A stretch of DNA of 64,000 nt from Candidatus Shapirobacteria bacterium. GTDB taxonomy: Bacteria; Patescibacteriota; Microgenomatia; UBA12405. The stretch lies in contig JAGOQF010000003.1 in assembly GCA_017991615.1 (NCBI GenBank), forward strand, positions 285-64,284, in the 5' to 3' direction. A program made the position numbers and the translations under genes. The notes beneath the pieces were generated by a model, which was not told where the DNA came from, ran no database searches, and saw only the letters and a list, made by a program, of their open reading frames with translations. Below are positions 18,110-27,047 of this stretch, piece by piece (positions within the stretch are counted from its first letter, which is position 1; each line of letters starts with the position of its first letter).

Positions 18110-19884
18110 ATACAAATCAAAAAATTATGATTAAAAATAACAAAAATTTTAAACCGAGAACCAGCTTTGCTGGCGCTCAAAACCAGGTTAGAGAATTCAA
18201 ATCTAACCAAGATTCTGTCAGAATTAGTTCCCTGGGAGGTTTTGGTGATGTCACTCAAAACATGTTCGTTTACGAATTTATCCCCAACGGCGACACTTCC
18301 AAAAGTCAAATAATTATTGTTGACTGTGGTGTTGGTTTTCCTGAAGAAGATATTTTCGGCGTTGACATGCAAATCCCCGACACTCATTATTTAGAAGACA
18401 AAAAAGATCGTATTTTAGGTATCTTTATTACCCACGGTCATGAAGATCATATTGGTGCCGTTAAATTTGTTCTACCAGTTTTAGGTGAAAAAATTCCTAT
18501 TTTTGCTCCCAAACTTGCCGCCGCCTTTATCGAATCGCGTCTTAGTGAAGTCAATCAGCGAGCCATTATCAACGTTTACGAAGATGGTATTCCTATTCAA
18601 AAAGGAGTTTTTAATGTCGATCCGATTCGGGTGACCCATTCCATCCCTGATACTTTTCATTTCGCTATTACTACTCCTATTGGTATTTTTTACCACGGTT
18701 CCGATTTTAAGTTTGATGTCTTCCCGCTTGACGGTAAACAAGCCGATCTCAGTCATATCGCCCGCATTGGTGAAAAAAAAGTTGTGGCTCTTATGTCTGA
18801 CAGTCTTGGTTCCGATCACGAAGGTTATTCTCCTTCCGAAAGTTCCATTGCCGAAAATTTTAAATATGAGATTACCTTTGCCAAAGGTCGAGTCTTTGTT
18901 ACCTCAATTTCTAGTAATATTATTCGTTGGTCTCAAGCGATTGAATATGCCAAAAGTGTCGGCCGTAAAATTGTTATTGTTGGTTTTTCTGTTGACAAGG
19001 CTATTGGTATTGCCAAAGATCTCAATTATCTTAGCCTCAATGATTCTGACATTGTTCCCCCTGAACGAGCCAAAAATTTCCCCGACAACAAACTGATTTT
19101 TCTGGTTGCTGGTTTTGCTGGTCAGCCAGATTCTGCTCTCAGCAAAATGGTTATGGGTAAACATCGTATCAAAATTAGATCTGGTGATAAAGTCATCTTT
19201 TCTTCACCCGATTATATTCCCGGCACTACCTCAAATATCTACACCATGATTGACACTCTTTCCAAACTTGGTGCTGAGGTTGTTTATGGTGAGAAAGAAG
19301 AACTTCATGTCTCCGGTCACGGTTATCAAAAAGAACACGCTCTTCTTATTAGTCTGGTCAAACCCAAATATTTACTGCCTATTGGTGGTAATTTCCGTCA
19401 TATCAAGCAATATCAATCTATGGCCAAAAAACTTGGTTATGCCGAAGAAAATGTTATTTTGCCTGATTTCGATGCCACTGTTACTTTTTATAGCAACGGC
19501 AAATTTGATACTAATTTTCATATTCCCATCCGCAAAGTTCTCATTGATGGTTTTGGTATTGGCGATGTCGGTACCACTGTTCTCCGCGATCGCAGACTTC
19601 TGGCCGGAGATGGTATGTTTTCTGTAGTCATTCTGATCAACAAAGCCACCGGTCAAATGGAAAAGGAACCGGTTGTCTTAAGTCGCGGATTTGTCTTTGT
19701 CAAAGAAAATACCGACCTTATCAACTATCTCAAGCAAGAAACTGTTAAAAAATTCAACGAGGCCACCAGTAGTCCGGCCAATCTTGATTATATCCGCGAA
19801 GAAATTCAAGCTCATATCGAAGAAATTATTCACCAAAAAACCGGCCGCCAACCCATGGTCTTACCCTTAGTCATCGAAGTCTAA
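18103..19884 (+). CDS. rnj: Ribonuclease J (metallo-beta-lactamase/beta-CASP RNase).
   Basis: HGHEDHIG motif, beta-CASP region and the RNase J C-terminal domain are present. The true start may be a few codons downstream of 18103. Confidence 0.85.
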   Translation: MVDTNQKIMIKNNKNFKPRTSFAGAQNQVREFKSNQDSVRISSLGGFGDVTQNMFVYEFIPNGDTSKSQIIIVDCGVGFPEEDIFGVDMQIPDTHYLEDKKDRILGIFITHGHEDHIGAVKFVLPVLGEKIPIFAPKLAAAFIESRLSEVNQRAIINVYEDGIPIQKGVFNVDPIRVTHSIPDTFHFAITTPIGIFYHGSDFKFDVFPLDGKQADLSHIARIGEKKVVALMSDSLGSDHEGYSPSESSIAENFKYEITFAKGRVFVTSISSNIIRWSQAIEYAKSVGRKIVIVGFSVDKAIGIAKDLNYLSLNDSDIVPPERAKNFPDNKLIFLVAGFAGQPDSALSKMVMGKHRIKIRSGDKVIFSSPDYIPGTTSNIYTMIDTLSKLGAEVVYGEKEELHVSGHGYQKEHALLISLVKPKYLLPIGGNFRHIKQYQSMAKKLGYAEENVILPDFDATVTFYSNGKFDTNFHIPIRKVLIDGFGIGDVGTTVLRDRRLLAGDGMFSVVILINKATGQMEKEPVVLSRGFVFVKENTDLINYLKQETVKKFNEATSSPANLDYIREEIQAHIEEIIHQKTGRQPMVLPLVIEV

Positions 19885-19970
19885 TCATTATTTTTAGACT
19901 ATCTCTAACAACCCTGACTGTTTAATTATTTTTCACTCACAATAGTAATTGTAGTTTTTAGTAAATTAAA

Positions 19971-20495
19971 TTAATCAGCATCTGCATAAAAACAATATTT
20001 TTTGCAGTGAAGACAGCGAAAAAGATATCCAGCAATGTAACCACCTATTTTTAAACTTTGTTTGACATCTTCAAAATCACACTCTTCTGGGTAATTTTTT
20101 TTATAATATTCTTCTATTTCTTTTTCTATTCCTAATTCTACGATATCATCCCAAGAAACTTCTCCCAAAAAATCGCAGAAATCGTTACAATGACTTAACC
20201 AATGACTCTCTTGTATTGAATTGAAACCCGGAGTTCGATATAACAATTCATTTTTACTTTCATCACTATCAACTTCACATTCATAATCATAAACAATTGT
20301 AAATTCACCATCGTATTTTTTGGCGGCGAAACCACTAGCAATGCAGTTTGGACAAATATTTTCCAATGTATCCTGACTATGAAAAGGTCCTATGTAGGAG
20401 TAATCTGAATGTTTACCACAAACATCACAAATAATTTTCTTTGATATTATTGATCCAGTTTTTAATGGCGTTAGTGCATTTAATATTTCAGTCAC
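19971..20495 (-). CDS. CbrC-family (UPF0167) protein.
   Basis: ICDVCGKHSDYSYIGPF and CPNCIASG match the CbrC N-terminal zinc-binding pattern. The gene is low-GC relative to its flanks and starts with GTG. Confidence 0.6.
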   Translation of the reverse strand: MTEILNALTPLKTGSIISKKIICDVCGKHSDYSYIGPFHSQDTLENICPNCIASGFAAKKYDGEFTIVYDYECEVDSDESKNELLYRTPGFNSIQESHWLSHCNDFCDFLGEVSWDDIVELGIEKEIEEYYKKNYPEECDFEDVKQSLKIGGYIAGYLFRCLHCKKYCFYADAD

Positions 20496-20596
20496 TTTTC
20501 ATTATTGTTTCTTCTTTTTTTTCTTATATTTTCTCACTTTTATTTATTCTTTTTCACTCTTCTTAATATCATGAAAAGTGAAGATAAGTGATAAAT

Positions 20597-20640
20597 AGTG
20601 AGAAAAAGATACCAAAAGGTATCTAATAAGGTATCTAAAT
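20597..20640. promoter_or_regulatory. Operator-like module: AGTGAGAAAAAG, then palindrome AGATACC-aaaa-GGTATCT, then a direct repeat GGTATCTAA 12 nt later.
   Basis: Seen directly in sequence. AGATACC is at 20607-13. GGTATCTAA is at 20618-26 and 20630-38. The module lies upstream of cbrC-like on the minus strand and downstream of the methyltransferase gene. Confidence 0.5.
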
Positions 20641-20646
20641 TTTATA

Positions 20647-21453
20647 TTATTTTTTATATCCAATATACATTGCATGACCACAAGTATCTATGATTGATGG
20701 ATTTTCTGATGTTTCGTTAATTAAATCAACAACTTTATTAAACATATTCTTATCCTCTATATTATATAGTGAATCTTCTTTTTCATATCCAAATCCACGA
20801 ATTGATCTAATTGTGATTTTTTCAAATCCACTATTACTGAATAAATTTTCTATTTCATTTATTGTTGGATAATATCCTTCTTGGAATCCTTTATCTGATG
20901 AATTATTAAATTTACCAGATTTAAATACTTCGGATAAATTATTTATATCTACTTGTTCAGGATGTCTAAAATATCTATCTACTATTGCAATACTACCAGA
21001 AAGATATGGAATAAAACTTGCAAATATTTTTCCTCCTGGTTTTAATACTCTGCTTATTTCTTTTATACATTGTTCTCTTTCTGATTTTTCAAGCAAGTGA
21101 TATAAAGGTCCAAATAATAATACAACATCAAATTGATTGTTTTCATACATACTAAGATTTGTAGCATTAACTACATCACAAGATATAATGTTTTGATTAT
21201 TTTGTTTCTTAGCTTGATTAATCAAATCTTCGGATAAATCAGCTAAGTATACTTTATAACCTTTATCTGCTAATGGAAATGAATAAACACCTGCTCCACC
21301 ACCTAAATCTAAAATTACTCCGTTTGCTGGTAAATTATTTCCCAATATATTCATTGTCATATCATATTCTAACTTTCCACTATTATCATTTTGCAATCTA
21401 TTCTTTTCATCAAAATTTTTATAATAATTTTTTACTTTATTAAAATCTGTCAT
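20647..21453 (-). CDS. Class I SAM-dependent methyltransferase.
   Basis: VILDLGGGAGVYSFPLA is motif I (GxGxG). An acidic motif II (KVYLADLSEDL) and motif III (VVLLFGPLYHL) follow. The gene is very AT-rich (roughly 28% GC) with a strong SD (AGGAGTG). Confidence 0.8.
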   Translation of the reverse strand: MTDFNKVKNYYKNFDEKNRLQNDNSGKLEYDMTMNILGNNLPANGVILDLGGGAGVYSFPLADKGYKVYLADLSEDLINQAKKQNNQNIISCDVVNATNLSMYENNQFDVVLLFGPLYHLLEKSEREQCIKEISRVLKPGGKIFASFIPYLSGSIAIVDRYFRHPEQVDINNLSEVFKSGKFNNSSDKGFQEGYYPTINEIENLFSNSGFEKITIRSIRGFGYEKEDSLYNIEDKNMFNKVVDLINETSENPSIIDTCGHAMYIGYKK

Positions 21454-21479
21454 ATTATCACTCCTATATTAATTATATC

Positions 21480-21505
21480 AAAAAAAGACCAATTTTGGTC
21501 TTTTT
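21480..21505 (-). terminator. Bidirectional A/U-flanked hairpin AAAAAGACC-aatttt-GGTCTTTTT downstream of the HIT gene.
   Basis: 9-bp stem with A-run and T-run flanks. On the minus strand the stem is followed by T7. Confidence 0.45.
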
Positions 21506-21518
21506 AATCATTTTTCAG

Positions 21519-21564
21519 GGTATCTAAAAGGTATCTAATTCACGATTTTTCACTTTTTCTCACT
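21519..21564. promoter_or_regulatory. Second copy of the operator-like module: GGTATCTAA-aa-GGTATCTAA, then TTTTTCACT and TTTTTCTCACT.
   Basis: GGTATCTAA is at 21519-27 and 21530-38. TTTTTCACT motifs are at 21546-54 and 21554-64. The module is upstream of the methyltransferase gene on the minus strand. Confidence 0.5.
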
Positions 21565-21593
21565 TTGTAATCTTCTAAAACCCTTGATTTTAC

Positions 21594-21692
21594 TTATTTT
21601 CCGCAACACTGCTTATATTTGCGTCCAGAGCCACATGGATCTGAATGATATTTAAATATAGGCAAACTTGTCTCTTTTTTATTATTTTTCAT
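21594..21692 (-). CDS. Unannotated 32-aa ORF encoding a SEC-C zinc-binding motif peptide: MKNNKKETSLPIFKYHSDPCGSGRKYKQCCGK.
   Basis: I translated the minus strand by hand. It is too short for the provided ORF track. DPCGSGRKYKQCCGK matches the SEC-C consensus CPCGSGKKYKxCCG found at the SecA C-terminus and in YecA/YchJ. No obvious SD is present. Confidence 0.4.
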   Translation of the reverse strand: MKNNKKETSLPIFKYHSDPCGSGRKYKQCCGK

Positions 21693-21740
21693 TTTTTATT
21701 AAATTTATAAAATGTACTATTGCTGAGTAATTGTAGCAAA

Positions 21741-22187
21741 TTATAACTGTAAATTTTTTAATAACATTTTCTTCATTTTTTTTAAACCTTTTTCTGTCGG
21801 CTTATATTTTTCATTACACCTGATTTCTTTTTCAATCGCCCAAATTGCTGTTTCCGGTTTTGGGTCAGTTTTATATCTTGGAATCAAATGCCAATGTAAA
21901 TGTGAGTCTGAATTACCCAACAACTCATAATTCAGTTTTTTAGGTTTAAAAGTTTTTATTACCGCTTCAGCCACTTTTGCCATTTCTTCTAAAAATAATT
22001 TTTGTTTATCTCCTAATTTATATAATTCATCAGTATGAATTTTGGAAATAAAAATAGTGTAGCCGTAGAAATATTGATAATCCGCCAACACTACGTATCC
22101 ACTTTTTAATTCTTTTACAAAATAAATATTTTTATTTTGTTTAATTAGTTCGATTCTCTGACAAACTGGACAATTATCGTTAATCAT
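21741..22187 (-). CDS. HIT-family (histidine triad) nucleotide hydrolase/transferase.
   Basis: HLHWHLIPR is the HxHxHxx triad. A CxxC lies near the N-terminus. The gene is AT-rich. Confidence 0.8.
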   Translation of the reverse strand: MINDNCPVCQRIELIKQNKNIYFVKELKSGYVVLADYQYFYGYTIFISKIHTDELYKLGDKQKLFLEEMAKVAEAVIKTFKPKKLNYELLGNSDSHLHWHLIPRYKTDPKPETAIWAIEKEIRCNEKYKPTEKGLKKMKKMLLKNLQL

Positions 22188-22224
22188 AATTAATATTTTA
22201 TCTCTTTATTCAGTATAATAAGCC

Positions 22225-23646
22225 ATGACTAAAAAATTTATCAAACTCAAGTCAGAGGACTTGTCAGAATGGTACAACGACGTTGTTGTCAAATCCGGTT
22301 TGGCTGATTATGCCCCTGTCAAAGGTTGTATGGTTATCCGTCCCTACGGTTACGCTATTTGGGAAAGAATCCATAATTTTATGGATCCTTTTATCAAAGA
22401 AAAAGGTGTTCAAAATGCCTATTTTCCCATTTTTATTCCCGAAAATTTTTTAAAAAAAGAAAAAGAACATGTTGAAGGTTTCGCTCCTGAATTAGCCGTT
22501 GTCACCCATGGTGGTGGGGAAGAGCTCACCGAAAAGTTGGTTATTCGTCCCACTTCGGAAACCATTATGTATGAAATGTACAAAAAATGGACTCAAAGCT
22601 GGCGCGATTTGCCGGTTATGATGAATCAATGGTGCAACGTCGTTCGTTGGGAAAAACGCACTTATCTGTTTTTGCGAACTTCCGAATTTTTGTGGCAGGA
22701 AGGCCATTGCGCTCACACTACCGAATCAGAAAACCAAGACATGGTCAAATGGGCTCTTGATCTTTACAAAAAAACTTATCGTGATTTGTTATCGATTTAC
22801 GGCATCACCGGTGTCAAAAGTGATTCTGAAAAGTTTGCCGGTGCTGGCAAAACTTACACTATCGAAGCACTTATGCCCAACGGCAAGTCGCTTCAAGCCG
22901 CCACTTCTCACGATTTATCCCAAAATTTTTCAAAATCCTTTGACTGGTCGGTCCAAGATCAAAATGGTCAAAAACTTTATCCCTACCAAAACAGTTGGGG
23001 ACTTTCCACTCGCGCCATTGGCAGCTTAATTATGGTTCACGGTGACGACAATGGTTTAGTCTTTCCATCTCAAGTTGCTCCAGTTCAAATTGTTATTATT
23101 CCTATCCCTGGTCACTCCAAAGCCAAAACTCTGGCCGAAAATGTTTTTACCGATCTAAAAACTAAATATCGTTGTCAACTTGACCTTATCGACAATGAAA
23201 CTGCCGGATTTAAGTTTAATCATTGGGAAATGAAAGGAGTCCCTTTGCGAATCGAAATTGGTGACAAAGAAGCTGACAACAATGCTGTAGTTTTATGTCG
23301 TCGTGACAATCTCCAAAAACAAACCGTTTCAGTTTCTGATTTGAATAAAAATATTACTCAAATTTTGGCAGATATTCAAGCCACCCTCTTGAAAAAACAT
23401 CAAGAGTTCACTCAACAAAACACTCATACCACCGATTCTTATGATGAATTCAAAAAAATCATGTCAACCACTCGCGGTTTTGTTTTAGCTCATTGGTGTG
23501 AAAACCCTCAGTGTGAAGCCGAGATTAAACAAGATACCAAAGCCACCACCCGCTGTTTACCTGATGGTCAACCAGAAGAGAAGGGTGTTTGTATTCACTG
23601 CGGTCAACCATCAAAACATCGTTGGTTATTTGCGCAAAGCTACTAA
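22225..23646 (+). CDS. proS: Prolyl-tRNA synthetase, archaeal/eukaryotic-type (class IIa with C-terminal zinc-binding domain).
   Basis: The length (473 aa) and the C-terminal CIHCGQP motif match the archaeal-type architecture, as does the absence of a bacterial-type insertion domain. Class II motifs are present. Confidence 0.9.
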   Translation: MTKKFIKLKSEDLSEWYNDVVVKSGLADYAPVKGCMVIRPYGYAIWERIHNFMDPFIKEKGVQNAYFPIFIPENFLKKEKEHVEGFAPELAVVTHGGGEELTEKLVIRPTSETIMYEMYKKWTQSWRDLPVMMNQWCNVVRWEKRTYLFLRTSEFLWQEGHCAHTTESENQDMVKWALDLYKKTYRDLLSIYGITGVKSDSEKFAGAGKTYTIEALMPNGKSLQAATSHDLSQNFSKSFDWSVQDQNGQKLYPYQNSWGLSTRAIGSLIMVHGDDNGLVFPSQVAPVQIVIIPIPGHSKAKTLAENVFTDLKTKYRCQLDLIDNETAGFKFNHWEMKGVPLRIEIGDKEADNNAVVLCRRDNLQKQTVSVSDLNKNITQILADIQATLLKKHQEFTQQNTHTTDSYDEFKKIMSTTRGFVLAHWCENPQCEAEIKQDTKATTRCLPDGQPEEKGVCIHCGQPSKHRWLFAQSY

Positions 23647-23662
23647 AAAGGTATACTTATTT

Positions 23663-25792
23663 ATGGCTAAACGTGGTCGCAAAAAAAAGAGAATTATTCC
23701 CAGTCTGCGCTTAAAACCAGAAACAGTTCAAACTATCTTTTTTATTTTCTTTCTTATCCTGACTATTTTGACTGTTTTTTCTTTTCTCCAAACTGGTCCA
23801 ATTCCGTCTCGGATTAATCAAATCATTGTTACCTATTTTGGTTTCGGTGCCGTTTTGATTCCTTTTATTCTCTTTTTAGCCGCCTTTTTGTTTGCCAAAA
23901 TCAAAACCCCTCTCAAAGACTTAAACGTTTTTTTGGGTTTTTTGATTATGTTTATTTCCCTTATCAGTCTTTTTAATCATGGTATTGTTGGCACTTTTCT
24001 TTTTGAACAATTAGTTACTTTATTTACTCGGATTCCTACTATTCTTATTTTAATCTTTTGTTTAATCGTTGGCTTTGTCATCATGTTTGATACTTCTGTG
24101 GCTCAAGTAGTCAAATTTTTTGTCACCGTTTTTAACATTATCAAAAAATATGCTGTTGGCAATGCCAAAAAAATTGCCAAAAAAACCAAAGACAAACAAA
24201 AATCAAAGATTTTTCAATCAGAATTGCCACTTGAATCTCAATCCGATTCTAAAAAAGACAAACCTGACCCAAATGTTGTCAATGTTCCACCTGTTTTTAA
24301 ACCCAGCCCCAACATTATCACTCCCACTGCCGCCCTCAGTTCTTCTAGTCAGCAAATTTGGGAATATCCTTCTATCGATATTTTTGACAATTCTCCTGGC
24401 GCTAAAGCCGATAGGGGAGACATTCGTAAAAATGCCCAAACTATCGAACAAACTCTTGATTCATTCGGGATTACTGCTCGAGTTGCCGAAATCAACGATA
24501 GTCCTTCGGTCACTCAATATGCTCTCGAAGTTGCTTTAGGTACCAAATTAGCCAAAATTGTCAGTCTTAGCAACGACTTGGCTATGGCCTTGGCAGCCCC
24601 TGGTGGTATGATCCGGGTTGAAGCCCCCATTCCTGGTCGGGCTCTAGTTGGAATTGAGGTTCCCAACCGTTCTTTAGAAGTGGTTCCTATTAGGCGGATG
24701 CTTGAGTCAGACGCTATGAAAAATGCCAAAAACAAAATTACGGTTCCTCTGGGTTTAGATGTTTCTGGCAACCCCAAGGTGGCTGATATTAGCAAAATGC
24801 CTCACGTTCTTATTGCTGGTCAAACCGGTTCTGGAAAGTCCGTTTGTGTTAATTCTTGGATTAGCAGTATTTTATTCAAAGCTTCTCCTGACGAAGTTAA
24901 AATGATCATGGTCGATCCCAAACGAGTTGAACTTACTCCCTACAATGGCATTCCCCATCTCTTATCGCCGGTTATTGTTGAACCCGACAAAGTTCTCTCC
25001 TCTCTTAAGTGGGCTGTTGGCGAGATGGAGCGCCGTTACAAAACTTTTACTGAAGTCGGCGCCAAAAACATCGAAGCTTACAACAATCTTTCTGGTTTTC
25101 AATCTATGCCTTACATTTTGATTTTTATTGACGAATTAGCTGAAATTATGTTATTTTCTCCCTCCGAAGTTGAAGATAATATTTGTCGCATTGCTCAAAT
25201 GGCTCGGGCTGTTGGTATTCACCTTATCCTCGCCACTCAAAGACCATCTGTTAACATTATTACCGGTCTTATTAAAGCTAATATTCCGACTCGAATTTCC
25301 TTTGCTGTTGCCTCAGTTACTGATTCTCGAGTAATTCTTGATGCTCCTGGTGCCGAAAAACTTCTCGGTCGAGGAGATATGCTTTATTTGCCTCCAGATT
25401 TAGCCAAACCAGTCCGGGTGCAAGGTTGTTTTGTTTCCGACAAAGAAGTCACCAATCTCATCAATCTTCTTAAAAGTCAAAGAAATACCGAATACAACGA
25501 AGAAATATTAAATCAGCCGGTTTCTGTAGGTAAACAAATTAAAAATGCTCCTTCTACCGGTGAGACTCTTGAAGAAAGAGATCCTTTGTTTGATGATGCT
25601 GTTAAATTGGTCCAGGAGCTTGGTAAAGCCTCATCTTCTCTGATGCAACGCCGCCTCAAACTTGGTTATGCCCGTGCCGCTCGGGTTCTTGATCAACTTG
25701 AAAAAGCTGGAATTGTTGGTCCTGCCAGAGGTGCCAAGGCCAGAGATATCCTTATTCCTCACAATACTCCCAGCGACGATACTGCTGAATAA
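23663..25792 (+). CDS. ftsK: DNA translocase FtsK/SpoIIIE.
   Basis: Start trimmed to MAKRGRKKK, just after the proS stop. N-terminal TM helices are followed by a linker. The AAA motor carries GQTGSGKS (Walker A), the Walker B LIFIDELA, and a gamma domain. Confidence 0.85.
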   Translation: MAKRGRKKKRIIPSLRLKPETVQTIFFIFFLILTILTVFSFLQTGPIPSRINQIIVTYFGFGAVLIPFILFLAAFLFAKIKTPLKDLNVFLGFLIMFISLISLFNHGIVGTFLFEQLVTLFTRIPTILILIFCLIVGFVIMFDTSVAQVVKFFVTVFNIIKKYAVGNAKKIAKKTKDKQKSKIFQSELPLESQSDSKKDKPDPNVVNVPPVFKPSPNIITPTAALSSSSQQIWEYPSIDIFDNSPGAKADRGDIRKNAQTIEQTLDSFGITARVAEINDSPSVTQYALEVALGTKLAKIVSLSNDLAMALAAPGGMIRVEAPIPGRALVGIEVPNRSLEVVPIRRMLESDAMKNAKNKITVPLGLDVSGNPKVADISKMPHVLIAGQTGSGKSVCVNSWISSILFKASPDEVKMIMVDPKRVELTPYNGIPHLLSPVIVEPDKVLSSLKWAVGEMERRYKTFTEVGAKNIEAYNNLSGFQSMPYILIFIDELAEIMLFSPSEVEDNICRIAQMARAVGIHLILATQRPSVNIITGLIKANIPTRISFAVASVTDSRVILDAPGAEKLLGRGDMLYLPPDLAKPVRVQGCFVSDKEVTNLINLLKSQRNTEYNEEILNQPVSVGKQIKNAPSTGETLEERDPLFDDAVKLVQELGKASSSLMQRRLKLGYARAARVLDQLEKAGIVGPARGAKARDILIPHNTPSDDTAE

Positions 25793-25798
25793 TTTTTT

Positions 25799-26407
25799 AT
25801 GATTGCTTCTTCTTTACTCAAAAATACTCGTCTCGACAAAGAATGGGAATTGGAAGATATTTCCAAAAAAATCAAAATACCTGTTAAGTACCTTCGGGCT
25901 CTCGAAGATGAACAAATCAATTGTTTTCCTCAGGAACCTTACTGTTCTTTAATCATCAAAGATTATGCTGACTATCTTGGTCTTCAAGGCCAAGATGTTC
26001 TAGCCCTGTTCCGTCGCGATTTTGAACAGAAAAGAAAATCCAAAAATGTCGTCAATACTGGTTTTACTTTTACTCCTAAATTTACTTTTACTGTTTCTAT
26101 TTTTATCATCATTATTTTATTTTCCCTTTATCTAATTTCAGAATACTTTAAATTTCACCAACCCCCCAAACTAAAAGTCAATTGGCCACTTGAGGCAACC
26201 GTCTCCAGTTCTGTTATTGAAATCAGTGGTATTACTGATCCAGAGTCTACTATCAGAATCAACGACGACTTGATTATTGTTGATTCTACCGGTTCTTTTC
26301 AAAAGAAAATTACACTTAATTCCGGTGATAATAATATTATTGTTGAATCTACCTCTCCCAACGGCAAAATTACTACTGAGGAACGAAATATAAATTCTTC
26401 CCTCTAG
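25799..26407 (+). CDS. RodZ-like protein (XRE-type HTH, single TM, C-terminal domain).
   Basis: N-terminal HTH (LLKNTRLDKEWELEDISKKIKIPVKYLRALE). TM segment FTVSIFIIIILFSLYLI. A beta-rich C-terminal domain follows. Confidence 0.45.
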   Translation: MIASSLLKNTRLDKEWELEDISKKIKIPVKYLRALEDEQINCFPQEPYCSLIIKDYADYLGLQGQDVLALFRRDFEQKRKSKNVVNTGFTFTPKFTFTVSIFIIIILFSLYLISEYFKFHQPPKLKVNWPLEATVSSSVIEISGITDPESTIRINDDLIIVDSTGSFQKKITLNSGDNNIIVESTSPNGKITTEERNINSSL

Positions 26408-26432
26408 TTTTAAAATAGTTTATACTGGTTAT

Positions 26433-26705
26433 ATGGATACCATACAAATTGTCACCATCGTCAGTTTGATTTTAATTACCGGTATTGTGGTTGGCTCCGG
26501 TATTTGGCTGATCTTGGTTTTCAAACAACTTCGTGCCACCCTCATCAAAACCAATCAAATTCTTGAAGACACTCAGCTTATTACCAGTTCTATTGCCAAG
26601 CCAGTCTCTTCTTTTTCTGAGTTTCTCATGGGATTTAAAAATGGTTTTGGTTTTTTTAATAAATTATTTAACAAGAAAGATAAATCCGATGACTCGTCAG
26701 TCTAA
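26433..26705 (+). CDS. Small membrane protein, hypothetical.
   Basis: N-terminal TM segment (IVTIVSLILITGIVVGSGIWLILVF). Confidence 0.4.
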   Translation: MDTIQIVTIVSLILITGIVVGSGIWLILVFKQLRATLIKTNQILEDTQLITSSIAKPVSSFSEFLMGFKNGFGFFNKLFNKKDKSDDSSV

Positions 26706-27030
26706 TCAATCTGATCAAAATTGTTGTCAACACAGCTCCGGTTTTGTTTTTGGTCTTATTTGCGGCGCTGTTATTAGCGCTGTTATTGCTGTTATTATTT
26801 ACAAAAACAATCGAACTGAAATCTTCGAAAAGTTAGAACAAAAAATCAAACATTTTTTTGACCATCTTTATCCTCAAAAACCTACCTCTCGACCAAAAAC
26901 AAAACCTCGAAAATCATCTCCTTCCAAATTCATTGCTGCCACTGTCCCTAAAACCGCCACCAAAAAAGACATCACTCCTGTTTTTGTCAAAAAATCTCCC
27001 CCAAAAATGTTTGTCAAACCCAAAAAATAG
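26689..27030 (+). CDS. Small membrane protein with a Lys/Pro-rich C-terminal tail, hypothetical.
   Basis: Start trimmed to the ATG at 26689 (MTRQSNQ...), which removes the out-of-frame overlap with the previous ORF. One TM segment (FVFGLICGAVISAVIAVIIY). Confidence 0.35.
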   Translation: MTRQSNQSDQNCCQHSSGFVFGLICGAVISAVIAVIIYKNNRTEIFEKLEQKIKHFFDHLYPQKPTSRPKTKPRKSSPSKFIAATVPKTATKKDITPVFVKKSPPKMFVKPKK

Positions 27031-27047
27031 TTGGTATAATTGGCCTT

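Noticed and set aside
20607-21538. GGTATCTAA direct repeats considered as a possible mini-CRISPR or tandem-repeat array.
   Set aside because: There are only two copies per site, with 2-3-nt spacers. There are no unique spacer sequences and no cas genes. The layout fits transcription-factor binding sites, not CRISPR.
23498-23662. 165-nt N-terminal extension of ftsK overlapping the 3' end of proS.
   Set aside because: The extension lies inside proS in another frame. The FtsK N-terminus with TM helices begins naturally at the ATG at 23663, just after the proS stop.
26533-26688. 5' portion of the 26533-27030 ORF overlapping the 26433-26705 ORF out of frame.
   Set aside because: A 170-nt out-of-frame overlap is unlikely. 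I trimmed to the in-frame ATG at 26689, directly after the upstream stop region.
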